Shown one piece after another: positions 1 through 7,911 of a stretch of 64,000 nucleotides of DNA (positions are counted from its first letter, which is position 1; each line of letters starts with the position of its first letter). The notes beneath the pieces are model-generated. The model searched no databases, had not been told where the DNA came from, and worked only from the letters and a program-made list of their open reading frames with translations. Made by a program: the position numbers and the translations under genes. This DNA is from an uncultured delta proteobacterium (GTDB taxonomy: Bacteria > Myxococcota_A > Polyangia > Polyangiales > JAFGIB01): contig CAVZVA010000003.1 of NCBI GenBank assembly GCA_963778655.1, positions 576,001 through 640,000 of the forward strand, written 5' to 3'.

Positions 1-128
1 AAGCCGGCGCCCAGCACGGCGACCCGGTGGTGAGGTACGGCGCCCAGCTCGGGGCCGCCGGCTCGCGGCACCCGCTCGCTGATGGGAGTGCGGGAGGTTT
101 GCTCGATGCGCAGTGCGGGGCTGACCAT
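1..128 (-). CDS. N-terminus of an FAD/NAD(P)-dependent oxidoreductase (flavin monooxygenase-like), runs off the window edge
   Basis: Manual translation from ATG at 128 gives MVSPALRIEQ...PHHRVAVLGAG(F), the start of a Rossmann GxG motif. RBS AGGAG upstream; divergent from the TetR gene. Confidence 0.6.
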   Translation of the reverse strand, partial: MVSPALRIEQTSRTPISERVPRAGGPELGAVPHHRVAVLGAG

Positions 129-165
129 GCGGTTCTCCTGGGAAGCTCGGCCCGCGCTCGGGCCC

Positions 166-198
166 TTGACCTACTGAAAGTAGCCTACTAGAAGTAGG
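166..198. promoter_or_regulatory. Two adjacent inverted-repeat operators plus a -35-like TTGACC between divergent genes (probable TetR operators)
   Basis: CTACT-GAA-AGTAG (171-183) and CCTACT-AGA-AGTAGG (184-198), directly after TTGACC (166-171). Confidence 0.6.
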
Positions 199-204
199 AC
201 TGCA

Positions 205-894
205 ATGCCCGCGCGCCATCCGCCTGCCGCCCTGCTCCCGATCGCCGCCGAGGTGGCGGAGTTTGCGCACGGCCGGGTCCCGCGCGAGCTGCGCCGGCGC
301 CAGGTGCTGGCCGTGGCCAGCCAGCTGTTCGTGGAGCGCGGCTTCACGGACGCGTCGATGGACGAGCTGGCGCGGCGCGTGGGCGTGTCCAAGCCGGTGA
401 TCTACGCGCTGGTCGGCTCCAAGGAGGCGCTGTTCGGCGAGGTGGTGGCGCAGGAGGCGCAAGCGCTCGCCCGCACCGTGGAGGACGCGGTCAACGCGCA
501 GACGCAGGCCGATCCCGACGCGCAGCTCTACGCGGGCGCGCTGGCGTTCTTCCGCTTTGCCGAAGAGCGGCGCGCCGCCTGGGACGCGCTGCTCGCGGCC
601 GAGGCCGCGCCGGTCAACGCGGAGCTGGCCGCGGCGCGCCGCTTCCACGCCAAGTCGGTCGCGGGCCTGCTGGCGCGCGGCGCGGCGGCCCAGGGCGCCG
701 CGCTCGATCCGCTGATGCTCGACGCCTGCGCGCAAGCCATCAACGGCGCCTTCGAGGCGCTGGCGGCCTGGTGGAAGGAACACCCGGCGGTAAGCGCCGA
801 GACCTTGGCCTCGCTGGCGGCTACGCTGGTCGCCTCGGGCCTGCACGGCTTGAGCGAAGCCACGCCGCGTGCACGACCGCGACGCGGTCGCTGA
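205..894 (+). CDS. TetR/AcrR family transcriptional regulator
   Basis: HTH motif LFVERGFTDASMDELARRVGVSKPVIYALVGSKEALF. Confidence 0.92.
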   Translation: MPARHPPAALLPIAAEVAEFAHGRVPRELRRRQVLAVASQLFVERGFTDASMDELARRVGVSKPVIYALVGSKEALFGEVVAQEAQALARTVEDAVNAQTQADPDAQLYAGALAFFRFAEERRAAWDALLAAEAAPVNAELAAARRFHAKSVAGLLARGAAAQGAALDPLMLDACAQAINGAFEALAAWWKEHPAVSAETLASLAATLVASGLHGLSEATPRARPRRGR

Positions 895-945
895 GCCGGC
901 ACCGCCAGCACGGCCTGCATACCCCTTTGAAGGAGCCCAATCCCC

Positions 946-1755
946 ATGACCGCCATCGCAGACAAAGTCGTCGCCGTCACCGGCGCAGCCTCCGGCATCG
1001 GGCGCGCGCTCGCCGTGGAGCTCTCCAAGCGAGGCGCGCAGCTGGCGCTGGCCGACGTCAACGCCGCGGGCCTGCGCGAAACCGCAGACCTGTGCAACGC
1101 CGGCGTGCAGCTGACCACGCACGTGGTCGACGTGCGCGACCGGAGCGCGGTCGAGCGCTACGCCGCGCAAGCCGCCGAAGCGCACGGCGGGGTGGACGTT
1201 GTCATCAACAACGCCGGGCTGACCGTGCGCGCGGGGATCGAGGAGATCTCCTACGAGCAGTTCGAGCTCGTGCTCGGCGTCAACCTGTGGGGCGTGATCT
1301 ACGGCGCGCGCGCCTTCCTGCCGCTGTTGCGCAAACGGCCCGAGGGCCACATCGTCAACATCTCGAGCATCAACGGCATGGTGCCCTTCGCCAAGAACGG
1401 CCCCTACAACATCTCCAAGTACGGAGTGCTCGCCTTCTCGGAGACGCTGATGCAGGAGCTGCGCGGCCAATCGGTGCGCGTCACCTGCGTGCACCCGGGT
1501 GGCATCCGCACCAACATCGTGCGCAACGCCCAGGGAAGCACGCCGGACGAGGTAGCGATGTTCGACCGCATCGCGGGCACCAGCGCGGAGCGCGCCGCCA
1601 AGACCATCCTGCGCGGGGTCGAGCGCAACAAGCAGCGCGTCTACATCGGCGCCGACGCCAAGCTGCTGGCGCTGGCCAAGCGCCTGCTGCCGTCGACCAC
1701 CGTGAGCGTGGTCGGCAGGGCGTCGATGCAGCCGGCGCCCGCTCTCAAGCGCTGA
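946..1755 (+). CDS. Short-chain dehydrogenase/reductase (SDR)
   Basis: TGAASGIG, NNAG and YNISK motifs; RBS AAGGAG. Confidence 0.93.
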   Translation: MTAIADKVVAVTGAASGIGRALAVELSKRGAQLALADVNAAGLRETADLCNAGVQLTTHVVDVRDRSAVERYAAQAAEAHGGVDVVINNAGLTVRAGIEEISYEQFELVLGVNLWGVIYGARAFLPLLRKRPEGHIVNISSINGMVPFAKNGPYNISKYGVLAFSETLMQELRGQSVRVTCVHPGGIRTNIVRNAQGSTPDEVAMFDRIAGTSAERAAKTILRGVERNKQRVYIGADAKLLALAKRLLPSTTVSVVGRASMQPAPALKR

Positions 1756-1768
1756 GGCGCGCCACGAA

Positions 1769-1830
1769 ACAGGAAGACGGGAAGGCGCGAAGGGACTGAC
1801 GGTTCGAGCGCAGGCGTCTTCCCGTCTTGC
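1769..1830. repeat. REP-like dispersed repeat family 1 (ACAGGAAGACGGGAAGGCG), with an inverted partner
   Basis: Similar intergenic motifs at 8899-8957, 10839-10900 and 58287-58311. Confidence 0.55.
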
Positions 1831-1856
1831 AACCATCGGCGAGCGCGCTGCGGCGC

Positions 1857-2441
1857 TCAACCCGGCGCGGCTGGGGGGGCCGGCGCTGCGGCCGGCTGCT
1901 CGCGGTCGTGCTCGCGGTCGTGATGCCAGAAGGCCTGGCCGTTGATGGCGATGCAGCGGTAGCTGGCATCGAGCTTGCGGGCCTCGTCGTTGGGCGGGCA
2001 CTCGCCCAGCGGCAGCCGCTCTTGCAGCGGCGGGTCGTGTGACACGCGGCAGGCCGCGCTGCCCTCGCAGCCGAAGCGCTCCTCCTCGACCTGCACCTGC
2101 AGCAAGAGCGCGTCGCCTTCCGGCGTGCTCTGCAGCGCCCAGTGCCCGCTGCGCCGGCCGACCTTCGCGTTGGAGGCGCGCGCGGCGTGCCACTCGAAGC
2201 GTCCGTCCGGCCACAGCTCGTAGCGCTGGGTGTCGGCCCGACCCGCGGGCGCCCAGAACTCGGCCCACGAGCCGGCCAGGCCGGCAGGGGTCAGCGCGGC
2301 GTGCGCCGGCGCGGCGTGCGCCGCGGCTGCCGCTGCGGGCGCGGAAGCGCTGGCCGCAGTGGCGGGCTGCGATCGCGGCTGAGACGCGCAGGCGGCCGCG
2401 ACGGGCGCGAAGGAAAGGGCGACGAGCAGCAGGCGGTTCAT
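1857..2441 (-). CDS. Hypothetical lipoprotein
   Basis: Signal peptide MNRLLLVALSFAPVAAAC, Ala-rich linker, then a globular domain with Cys pairs. Confidence 0.65.
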   Translation of the reverse strand: MNRLLLVALSFAPVAAACASQPRSQPATAASASAPAAAAAAHAAPAHAALTPAGLAGSWAEFWAPAGRADTQRYELWPDGRFEWHAARASNAKVGRRSGHWALQSTPEGDALLLQVQVEEERFGCEGSAACRVSHDPPLQERLPLGECPPNDEARKLDASYRCIAINGQAFWHHDREHDREQPAAAPAPPAAPG

Positions 2442-2478
2442 GAAGGCGTTCTAAGGCGGCGCCCGCCAATGGGCAACC

Positions 2479-3765
2479 TTACCGCAGGGCGCCGAATGCG
2501 CTGAAGTAGCCCGGCCAAGACTTCGAAACGCAGCCCGGGTCGCGGATGCGCACCCCCGCCACGCGCAGCCCGGCCAGGGCGAAAGCCATCGCCATGCGGT
2601 GGTCGTCGTAGGTCGCGATCTCCGCGCCGTGCAGCGCGCCCGGCGTAATCGACAACGAATCGGCGTCCGCGCGCGCGTCCGCGCCGAGCTTGCGCAACTC
2701 CGCTTGCAGCGCCGCCAGTCGGTCGCTCTCCTTGATGCGCAGGTGCGCCACGTTGCGGATGCGCGTGGTGCCGCTCGCGAACAGCGCGGTGACCGCGGTC
2801 GCGAGCACCGCGTCGGGCATCGCGTTCATGTCCACGTCGAGCGCGCGCAGCGGCCCGTCCGGCCCGCGCACTTGCACGCCGTCCAGCTGATAGTCGACGC
2901 TGCAACCCATGCGCGCGAGCAGCTCCACAAAGCCCATGTCCGCCTGGGCCGAGCCCTTGCTCAAACCTTCCACCAGCACGCTGCCGCCGGTGATGGCTGC
3001 GGCAGCGAAGAAGTAAGCCGCGGTCGAGGCGTCGGGCTCAATCGCGTAGCTGCGACCCGCGTAGGTGGCGCCGGGCTCGACCTCGAGCACGCCGTCGCCG
3101 CTGAACCCCGCGCGCGCGCCGAACGCCCGCATCACCTGTAGCGTGAGCTCGACGTAGGGTCGACTGGCGAGCGCGCCACGCGCGAGCCGGAGCCTCACCG
3201 GGCGCGCGGCGTAGGGCGCCACCAGCAGCAGGGCCGAGAGGTACTGGCTCGAGCGGCTGGCGTCGATTTCGGTCTCGCCCCCGAAGGGCGTGCCACCCGT
3301 GCAGCGCACCGGTGGACAGCCGCCCGGACCCTCCGCGACCACCTGGACGCCGAGCCGTTGCAGCGCCTCGACCAGCTCGCCGATCGGACGCTCGCGCAGG
3401 CGCGCGGTGCCGTCGAGCCGGCTCGCGCCCGGAACCAGCGCCATCAGCGCGGTCAGGAAGCGCGCCGCCGTGCCCGAGGCCTGCGCGTCCAGCGCGAGCG
3501 CCGGCAGCCGCGGCTTGCCGCCCACGCCGCTGACCTCGACCCAGTCATCGCCGGCGCCGCGCGAAAGGCCCACGCCGAGCGCCTCGAGCGCGCTGGACAT
3601 CGCACGGATGTCATCGCTGTCGAGCAAACCGTGCAGGCGGCTGCGCCCGCGCGCGAGCCCGGCGACCACCAGCGCGCGGTTGCTGATACTCTTGCTGCCC
3701 GGCACCCGAACGCGCGCGTGCAGCGGACCGCGGGGCTCGATCTCGAGCGACGAAGCCTCGGTCAT
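2479..3765 (-). CDS. aroA: 3-phosphoshikimate 1-carboxyvinyltransferase (EPSP synthase)
   Basis: PGSKSISNR, LRERPI, SSQYLS, LRIKESDRL, DDHRMAM and CVSKSWP motifs; start set at ATG 3765 (MTEASSLEIEP). Confidence 0.96.
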   Translation of the reverse strand: MTEASSLEIEPRGPLHARVRVPGSKSISNRALVVAGLARGRSRLHGLLDSDDIRAMSSALEALGVGLSRGAGDDWVEVSGVGGKPRLPALALDAQASGTAARFLTALMALVPGASRLDGTARLRERPIGELVEALQRLGVQVVAEGPGGCPPVRCTGGTPFGGETEIDASRSSQYLSALLLVAPYAARPVRLRLARGALASRPYVELTLQVMRAFGARAGFSGDGVLEVEPGATYAGRSYAIEPDASTAAYFFAAAAITGGSVLVEGLSKGSAQADMGFVELLARMGCSVDYQLDGVQVRGPDGPLRALDVDMNAMPDAVLATAVTALFASGTTRIRNVAHLRIKESDRLAALQAELRKLGADARADADSLSITPGALHGAEIATYDDHRMAMAFALAGLRVAGVRIRDPGCVSKSWPGYFSAFGALR

Positions 3766-3814
3766 GCCGACCTTGTGCCACCGCCCCCCGGACGCGGCAA
3801 GCATGCCCTCACTT

Positions 3815-5263
3815 TCAGCGTCGGGTGGCGCGGCCGAGCCCCCGGCTCGCCAGCGCGCGGTTCGGGGCTTCGTGCATGATCGCCTCGCGGATCCAGGCGT
3901 CCTTGGCGTCGGCGAGCGTCTCCACGTGCTGGTCGCTGACCTCGATGCCGAGCTGGCGGTACAAGCCCTGGAGGTCGGGCAGGCTCGGTCCATCCACCCA
4001 GCGCCGCATCAGCTCGGTGAAGACGGGCACGCCGGCGATCTTGTCCATGCGCTCCAGCAGCTCTCGCGCGCGCAGCGGGTGCGGGGGCCCGTGACGCTCG
4101 GCGGCGAGCTCGCGCACCACATCGTCCAGGCGCAGCCGGCCGTGCGTGCGGCGGCGTAGCTCGACGTCGCTCATCAACGCAAACGAGGCGCCGGCCCAGT
4201 ACACCATCTTGAATGAGAAGTTCACGAACATGTCCGCGCTCTCTTCGGCCAGGTTTTGCTTGGCGTCGCGCCCGAGCAGCGAGCCTTCGTAAAGCCTGCG
4301 CCAAGCGTCCTGCTCGGACTCCATCCCCGACCGCACGCGCAGCACCTCCTGGTAGTAGGTCGCCAAGCCCTCCGACAGCCAGGCATCGTCGCGCTCCACG
4401 AACGGCAGCAGCAGGTGGCAGAACTCGTGGACCGCAATCCAGTCGTGCAGCAGCGGCTGCAGCTTCGCGTTGGCCGGCAGCAGCATCGCGGCTGACGCGC
4501 CACCGCCGCGGTTCATGGTGCCGAAGCGCACCGGCTCGCCCGAGGGGCTGGTCGGAATCACCACCACCTGGACCCGGCGGCGCGGGAAATGGCCGAATAC
4601 CAAGGCCGCCTCGCGCGCGGCCTGCTCGAGCCACGGCACCACGTTCGCCCGCGTGGCCTCGCTCAGCCCAGGCAGAATCGCCACCTCCAGGGTCGCGCCC
4701 GGCGCCGCGGCCTGCACCTGGTCGAAACGACCGAACACGGCGAAGGCGTAGAAGGCGAGCGCGCTCTGGTCGAGCACGTAGCGGTCGCCGCGGCGCGGCC
4801 AGGGCAGGCTGGCGCGCATGCCGGCGGGAAGGTCGAAGCGCGCGCTCAGCTCGCGCACACCCTGCCACTGCGGCGGACGCCACAGCCAGAACGCGACGTT
4901 CGACACCAGCGCGTCGCCGCGGCGCGTCGCGTCGAGCCCGCCGTAGCTGCGTGCGGCCGCGCCCACGTCGATCGCGTAGTGGGCGCAGGCACCCGGCGCG
5001 AGGCCCCGCAGCTGGATGCGGTGCTCGACCACCGCGAGCGGACGGGTGCCGCGCGGTCCGCTGCTCCAGGCGCGTTTGAGGTAGTCGCCGCCCCAGTGCA
5101 CTCCGCTCACCAGCTCCGGTGGCGGGTGCCCGCGAAAACACACCTGCGCTTCGATCATCTCCAGCTTCGCGTCGACGCGGAAGCGGTAGTCGATCCCGTC
5201 GAGCGAGACGTCGGGCCGCGGCAGTGGCGCGTGCACGCAGCCGCACAGCAGCGCGCACAGCAT
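3815..5263 (-). CDS. Exported/lipoprotein gluzincin metallopeptidase (M61/M1-like clan MA)
   Basis: HEFCH plus downstream WLSEGLATYY, and YWAG; possible lipobox LLCGC near the N-terminus. Start uncertain (5263-5320). Confidence 0.8.
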   Translation of the reverse strand: MLCALLCGCVHAPLPRPDVSLDGIDYRFRVDAKLEMIEAQVCFRGHPPPELVSGVHWGGDYLKRAWSSGPRGTRPLAVVEHRIQLRGLAPGACAHYAIDVGAAARSYGGLDATRRGDALVSNVAFWLWRPPQWQGVRELSARFDLPAGMRASLPWPRRGDRYVLDQSALAFYAFAVFGRFDQVQAAAPGATLEVAILPGLSEATRANVVPWLEQAAREAALVFGHFPRRRVQVVVIPTSPSGEPVRFGTMNRGGGASAAMLLPANAKLQPLLHDWIAVHEFCHLLLPFVERDDAWLSEGLATYYQEVLRVRSGMESEQDAWRRLYEGSLLGRDAKQNLAEESADMFVNFSFKMVYWAGASFALMSDVELRRRTHGRLRLDDVVRELAAERHGPPHPLRARELLERMDKIAGVPVFTELMRRWVDGPSLPDLQGLYRQLGIEVSDQHVETLADAKDAWIREAIMHEAPNRALASRGLGRATRR

Positions 5264-5309
5264 CCACGGCGCCGGCAGGCGGCGCCTTGCGGCAGCAGAG
5301 GCTCGCCCG

Positions 5310-6041
5310 TCAGCGCGCACCGAGGATCACGCCCCGTTCGATGAAGTCGGCCAGCACCGCGCACAGCCCGTCGAGAAACGCCTCGTCGACCGCCATCGCG
5401 CGCTCGGCCGCCACTTCTTGTACCGCCTGCGCCACGCTCTGCTCGCCCGCGACGAAGCGCTGCATCAACGCGAAGCTCACCGCGTTGAGGCGGTGGGTGC
5501 GCGCCTGCTTGTCGTCCGCGCGGCGGTGAACACACAGGTAGAGCTCTGCTCGCGCGGCCGCTGCGCGCTCGTCGAGCACGTCGTGCTCGAGCCGCAGCAG
5601 GCGCAAGGCCGGAGCGAGCACCGGGCGCCGGTCGAAAGCGAACTCGTCGAGCCCCTGCGGCGCCTCGTCCGGCAGATCCGACACCGCCCACAGCGCCGCC
5701 TCGTAGGCACACAGATCGGCCACGTGGGCAGCCACGTCGGGCTCGGCGGCGAAGAAACGCTGCGCGCTGTCCGCGAAGCAGCCCGCAACCGCGTGAAAGA
5801 ACCGCACCCGCGGAGGGTCGTGGCTCAGAAAATGCTCGAATGCGCGTGCGAAAGCGCGCTCTCCGGCGGCCTTGCGCGTGCGCTTGAAGGCCACATCGAT
5901 CTCGCTGCGCAGCCGCTTGCGAATCGCTTCGCGGTAGATGTGCCATACCCGCGCGTCGCCGAGCGGCGCCACCTGCTCCGCGCCCGGCGCTGGCCCGAAG
6001 CACACCTCGACCACCCGGCGCTCGAGATCGATCAGCGCCAT
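5310..6041 (-). CDS. DUF2063-like MNIO partner protein (HvfC/BufC-like RiPP maturation factor)
   Basis: Overlaps the MNIO stop. Contains IYREAIRKRL..I..AFKRT, F...DPPR and ADLCAYEAALW patterns typical of MNIO partners. Confidence 0.75.
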   Translation of the reverse strand: MALIDLERRVVEVCFGPAPGAEQVAPLGDARVWHIYREAIRKRLRSEIDVAFKRTRKAAGERAFARAFEHFLSHDPPRVRFFHAVAGCFADSAQRFFAAEPDVAAHVADLCAYEAALWAVSDLPDEAPQGLDEFAFDRRPVLAPALRLLRLEHDVLDERAAAARAELYLCVHRRADDKQARTHRLNAVSFALMQRFVAGEQSVAQAVQEVAAERAMAVDEAFLDGLCAVLADFIERGVILGAR

Positions 6042-6913
6042 GCAGTCTCCGTGGCACGGCGGTAGATCGCGTCGAGCCGCTGGACCTCGGCCACCAGCTC
6101 CTCGAACGGCGGGAAGTTCTGGTCGCGCTCCAACAGCACCGGGACCTTGCCCACGCGGCGCAGCGTGTGCTCGAGCAGCTCGTAGACCTCATCGCGCACC
6201 GGCTCGCCGTGGGTGTCGATGATCAGCGCGTCGTCACGCACGAAGTGTCCGGCCACGTGGATCTGCACCACTCGTTCTACGGGCATGCGATCGAGATACT
6301 CGCGGGCGTCGAAGCCGTGGTTGCGGCTGTTGACGAAGACGTTGTTGACGTCGAGCAGCAGCTTGGCGTCCGCGCCCTCGAGCACCTCCAGCAGGAAGTC
6401 GACCTCCGGCATCTCGCCCGGCCCGGTCGCGGTGTAGTAGCTGATGTTCTCGATCGCGATCGGCAGCTCGAGCCGGTCGCGCGTCTCGCGGATGCGCGCA
6501 ATCGCCGTGCGCACGGCTTCGCGCGTCAAGGGCAGCGGCAGCAGATCGTGCAGCATCACCCCGTCCGCGCCCGAGAAGCACAGGTGCTCGCTGTGCCAGG
6601 GAACGCCGAGCTCGTGCAGGAAGTCGCGCAGCGGCTTGATGTAGGCGTCCTCGGCCGGCTCGACCGCGCCGAAGCCCATGGTCAAGCCGTGGGTGACGAT
6701 CGGCCAGCGCTCGCGCGCGCTGCGCAGCATCTGGCGAAAGCGGCCGCCTCGCTGCACGTAGTTCTCGGGGTGGACCTCGAGCCAGCGGATCTCCGGCACG
6801 GTGCTCTCGAGCGTGCCGCGCGCCATCGCGTAGCGAAACCCGATCCCGATGCCCTCGACACGACCTTGGTTGCTCAAGCTCGACTCCAGCGGAGACCCCC
6901 GCCCCTCGAGCAT
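6032..6913 (-). CDS. DUF692 family multinuclear non-heme iron-dependent oxidative enzyme (MNIO)
   Basis: EVHPENY, HGL, SEHL, DLLPLP, IENISYY, LLLDVNNVFVN, QIHVAGH, IDTHG and LLERD motifs. Confidence 0.95.
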   Translation of the reverse strand: MLEGRGSPLESSLSNQGRVEGIGIGFRYAMARGTLESTVPEIRWLEVHPENYVQRGGRFRQMLRSARERWPIVTHGLTMGFGAVEPAEDAYIKPLRDFLHELGVPWHSEHLCFSGADGVMLHDLLPLPLTREAVRTAIARIRETRDRLELPIAIENISYYTATGPGEMPEVDFLLEVLEGADAKLLLDVNNVFVNSRNHGFDAREYLDRMPVERVVQIHVAGHFVRDDALIIDTHGEPVRDEVYELLEHTLRRVGKVPVLLERDQNFPPFEELVAEVQRLDAIYRRATETAWR

Positions 6914-6937
6914 GACCTGCCTCAGTCGCGCATGCTC

Positions 6938-6984
6938 AAAAAAATCGACCAGCGCGCCGTCCCCTCTGGTACGGCGCGCTGGTC
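6938..6984 (-). terminator. Intrinsic terminator/stabilising hairpin between precursor and MNIO
   Basis: Perfect 14-bp stem GACCAGCGCGCCGT/ACGGCGCGCTGGTC (6947-6984), followed on the minus strand by GA then T7. Confidence 0.75.
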
Positions 6985-7034
6985 ATCATTCCGACTCGGT
7001 CATCACGACCGACAAACCGACTGCGCTGCGGAGC

Positions 7035-7325
7035 TCAGCTGCACGAGTTTTCGCCGCAGGAGCCTTCGCCACCTGCAGCCTCGCCGCCGGCCGGCTGGTC
7101 ACCACCGCCCTCGGCCGGTGCTGCCGCCGGGGCCGCCGTGTCGCCGCCGCTCGGCGCTGGTTGTGCCGCACCGCTGCACGAGCCCTCGCCGCCGCTCGTC
7201 GGCTGGGCCGCGGCACCCTCTTCAGCCGCCGGGGGCTCCGACGAGCCGCCACATCCCACGCCCAAACCCGCAAGCCCAGCGGCCGCGGCCATGACAAGCA
7301 GCTTGTTCTTCAATCCGGTATTCAT
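7035..7325 (-). CDS. Putative MNIO RiPP precursor, lipoprotein (96 aa) with GEGSCS, GEGSCG and ENSCS motifs
   Basis: GGAGG RBS, ATG 7325, signal peptide with lipobox LGVGC (Cys25), Ala/Gly/Pro/Glu linker; lies immediately upstream of DUF692. Confidence 0.85.
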   Translation of the reverse strand: MNTGLKNKLLVMAAAAGLAGLGVGCGGSSEPPAAEEGAAAQPTSGGEGSCSGAAQPAPSGGDTAAPAAAPAEGGGDQPAGGEAAGGEGSCGENSCS

Positions 7326-7911
7326 GTCTCGTTTTCCTCCAGATGAGTCGTTCACGAATGTGCTCAAACGATTCGGTCGATTCCTGGTCGGGATCGCTCG
7401 CATCGTTCGGCACTGGTTCCGCTCAAGTCCGTCTGCATGTGCCGTCCATCAGCGGAGAGCCCATCCACAGCAGGGCGGTACTCTGCCATAGTCTCGATCG
7501 GAATGGGAGATGCCCCTTCCTCGGGTGATTCGGTCGTACATGGGAGCGCACCCGAGCGCGTGTCTCTCCCGCATTGTCTGTGGGAGGTCGACCTGCGTTA
7601 CGTGAGCATTCAAACCAGCCGAGCGGCGCGATTTTTCTATCCGGGCTGTTGGCCAAGCGCCGCGTTCACACCGAAATCCGGCCTTTCGGTTTGCACCAGG
7701 TCTTGCACCGAGAATCGCACGAAATCGATCGGCCCTCGCGCTCGCTGCGTGCCTGGCTCTATGCTGCCCAGCCTTGAAATACTTCGAGTATTCCTGCAGC
7801 CTCGATCCGCGCTTCGGGCTCGGATCCCTGCGCGGTCGCCGGCTCAACCGAAGCGATCCTCGGTGTAGACTTGGCGGCGGCGACCGCGCCCCCCGCGGTC
7901 CAAAGCTAGGT

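Noticed and set aside
2479..3765. aroA as part of the RiPP pathway
   Set aside because: A canonical housekeeping EPSP synthase; co-orientation alone is not evidence of functional linkage.
3766..3993. N-terminal extensions given by the ORF track for aroA (likewise pyk, typA, encapsulin, BVMO, RlmL-like)
   Set aside because: The extensions overlap neighbouring genes and precede the family-typical N-termini, so downstream starts were chosen.
7330..7900. ECF or sigma54 promoter for the RiPP precursor
   Set aside because: GGAACC and TGGCA-like words are present on the minus strand, but the spacing to a -10/-12 element does not fit.
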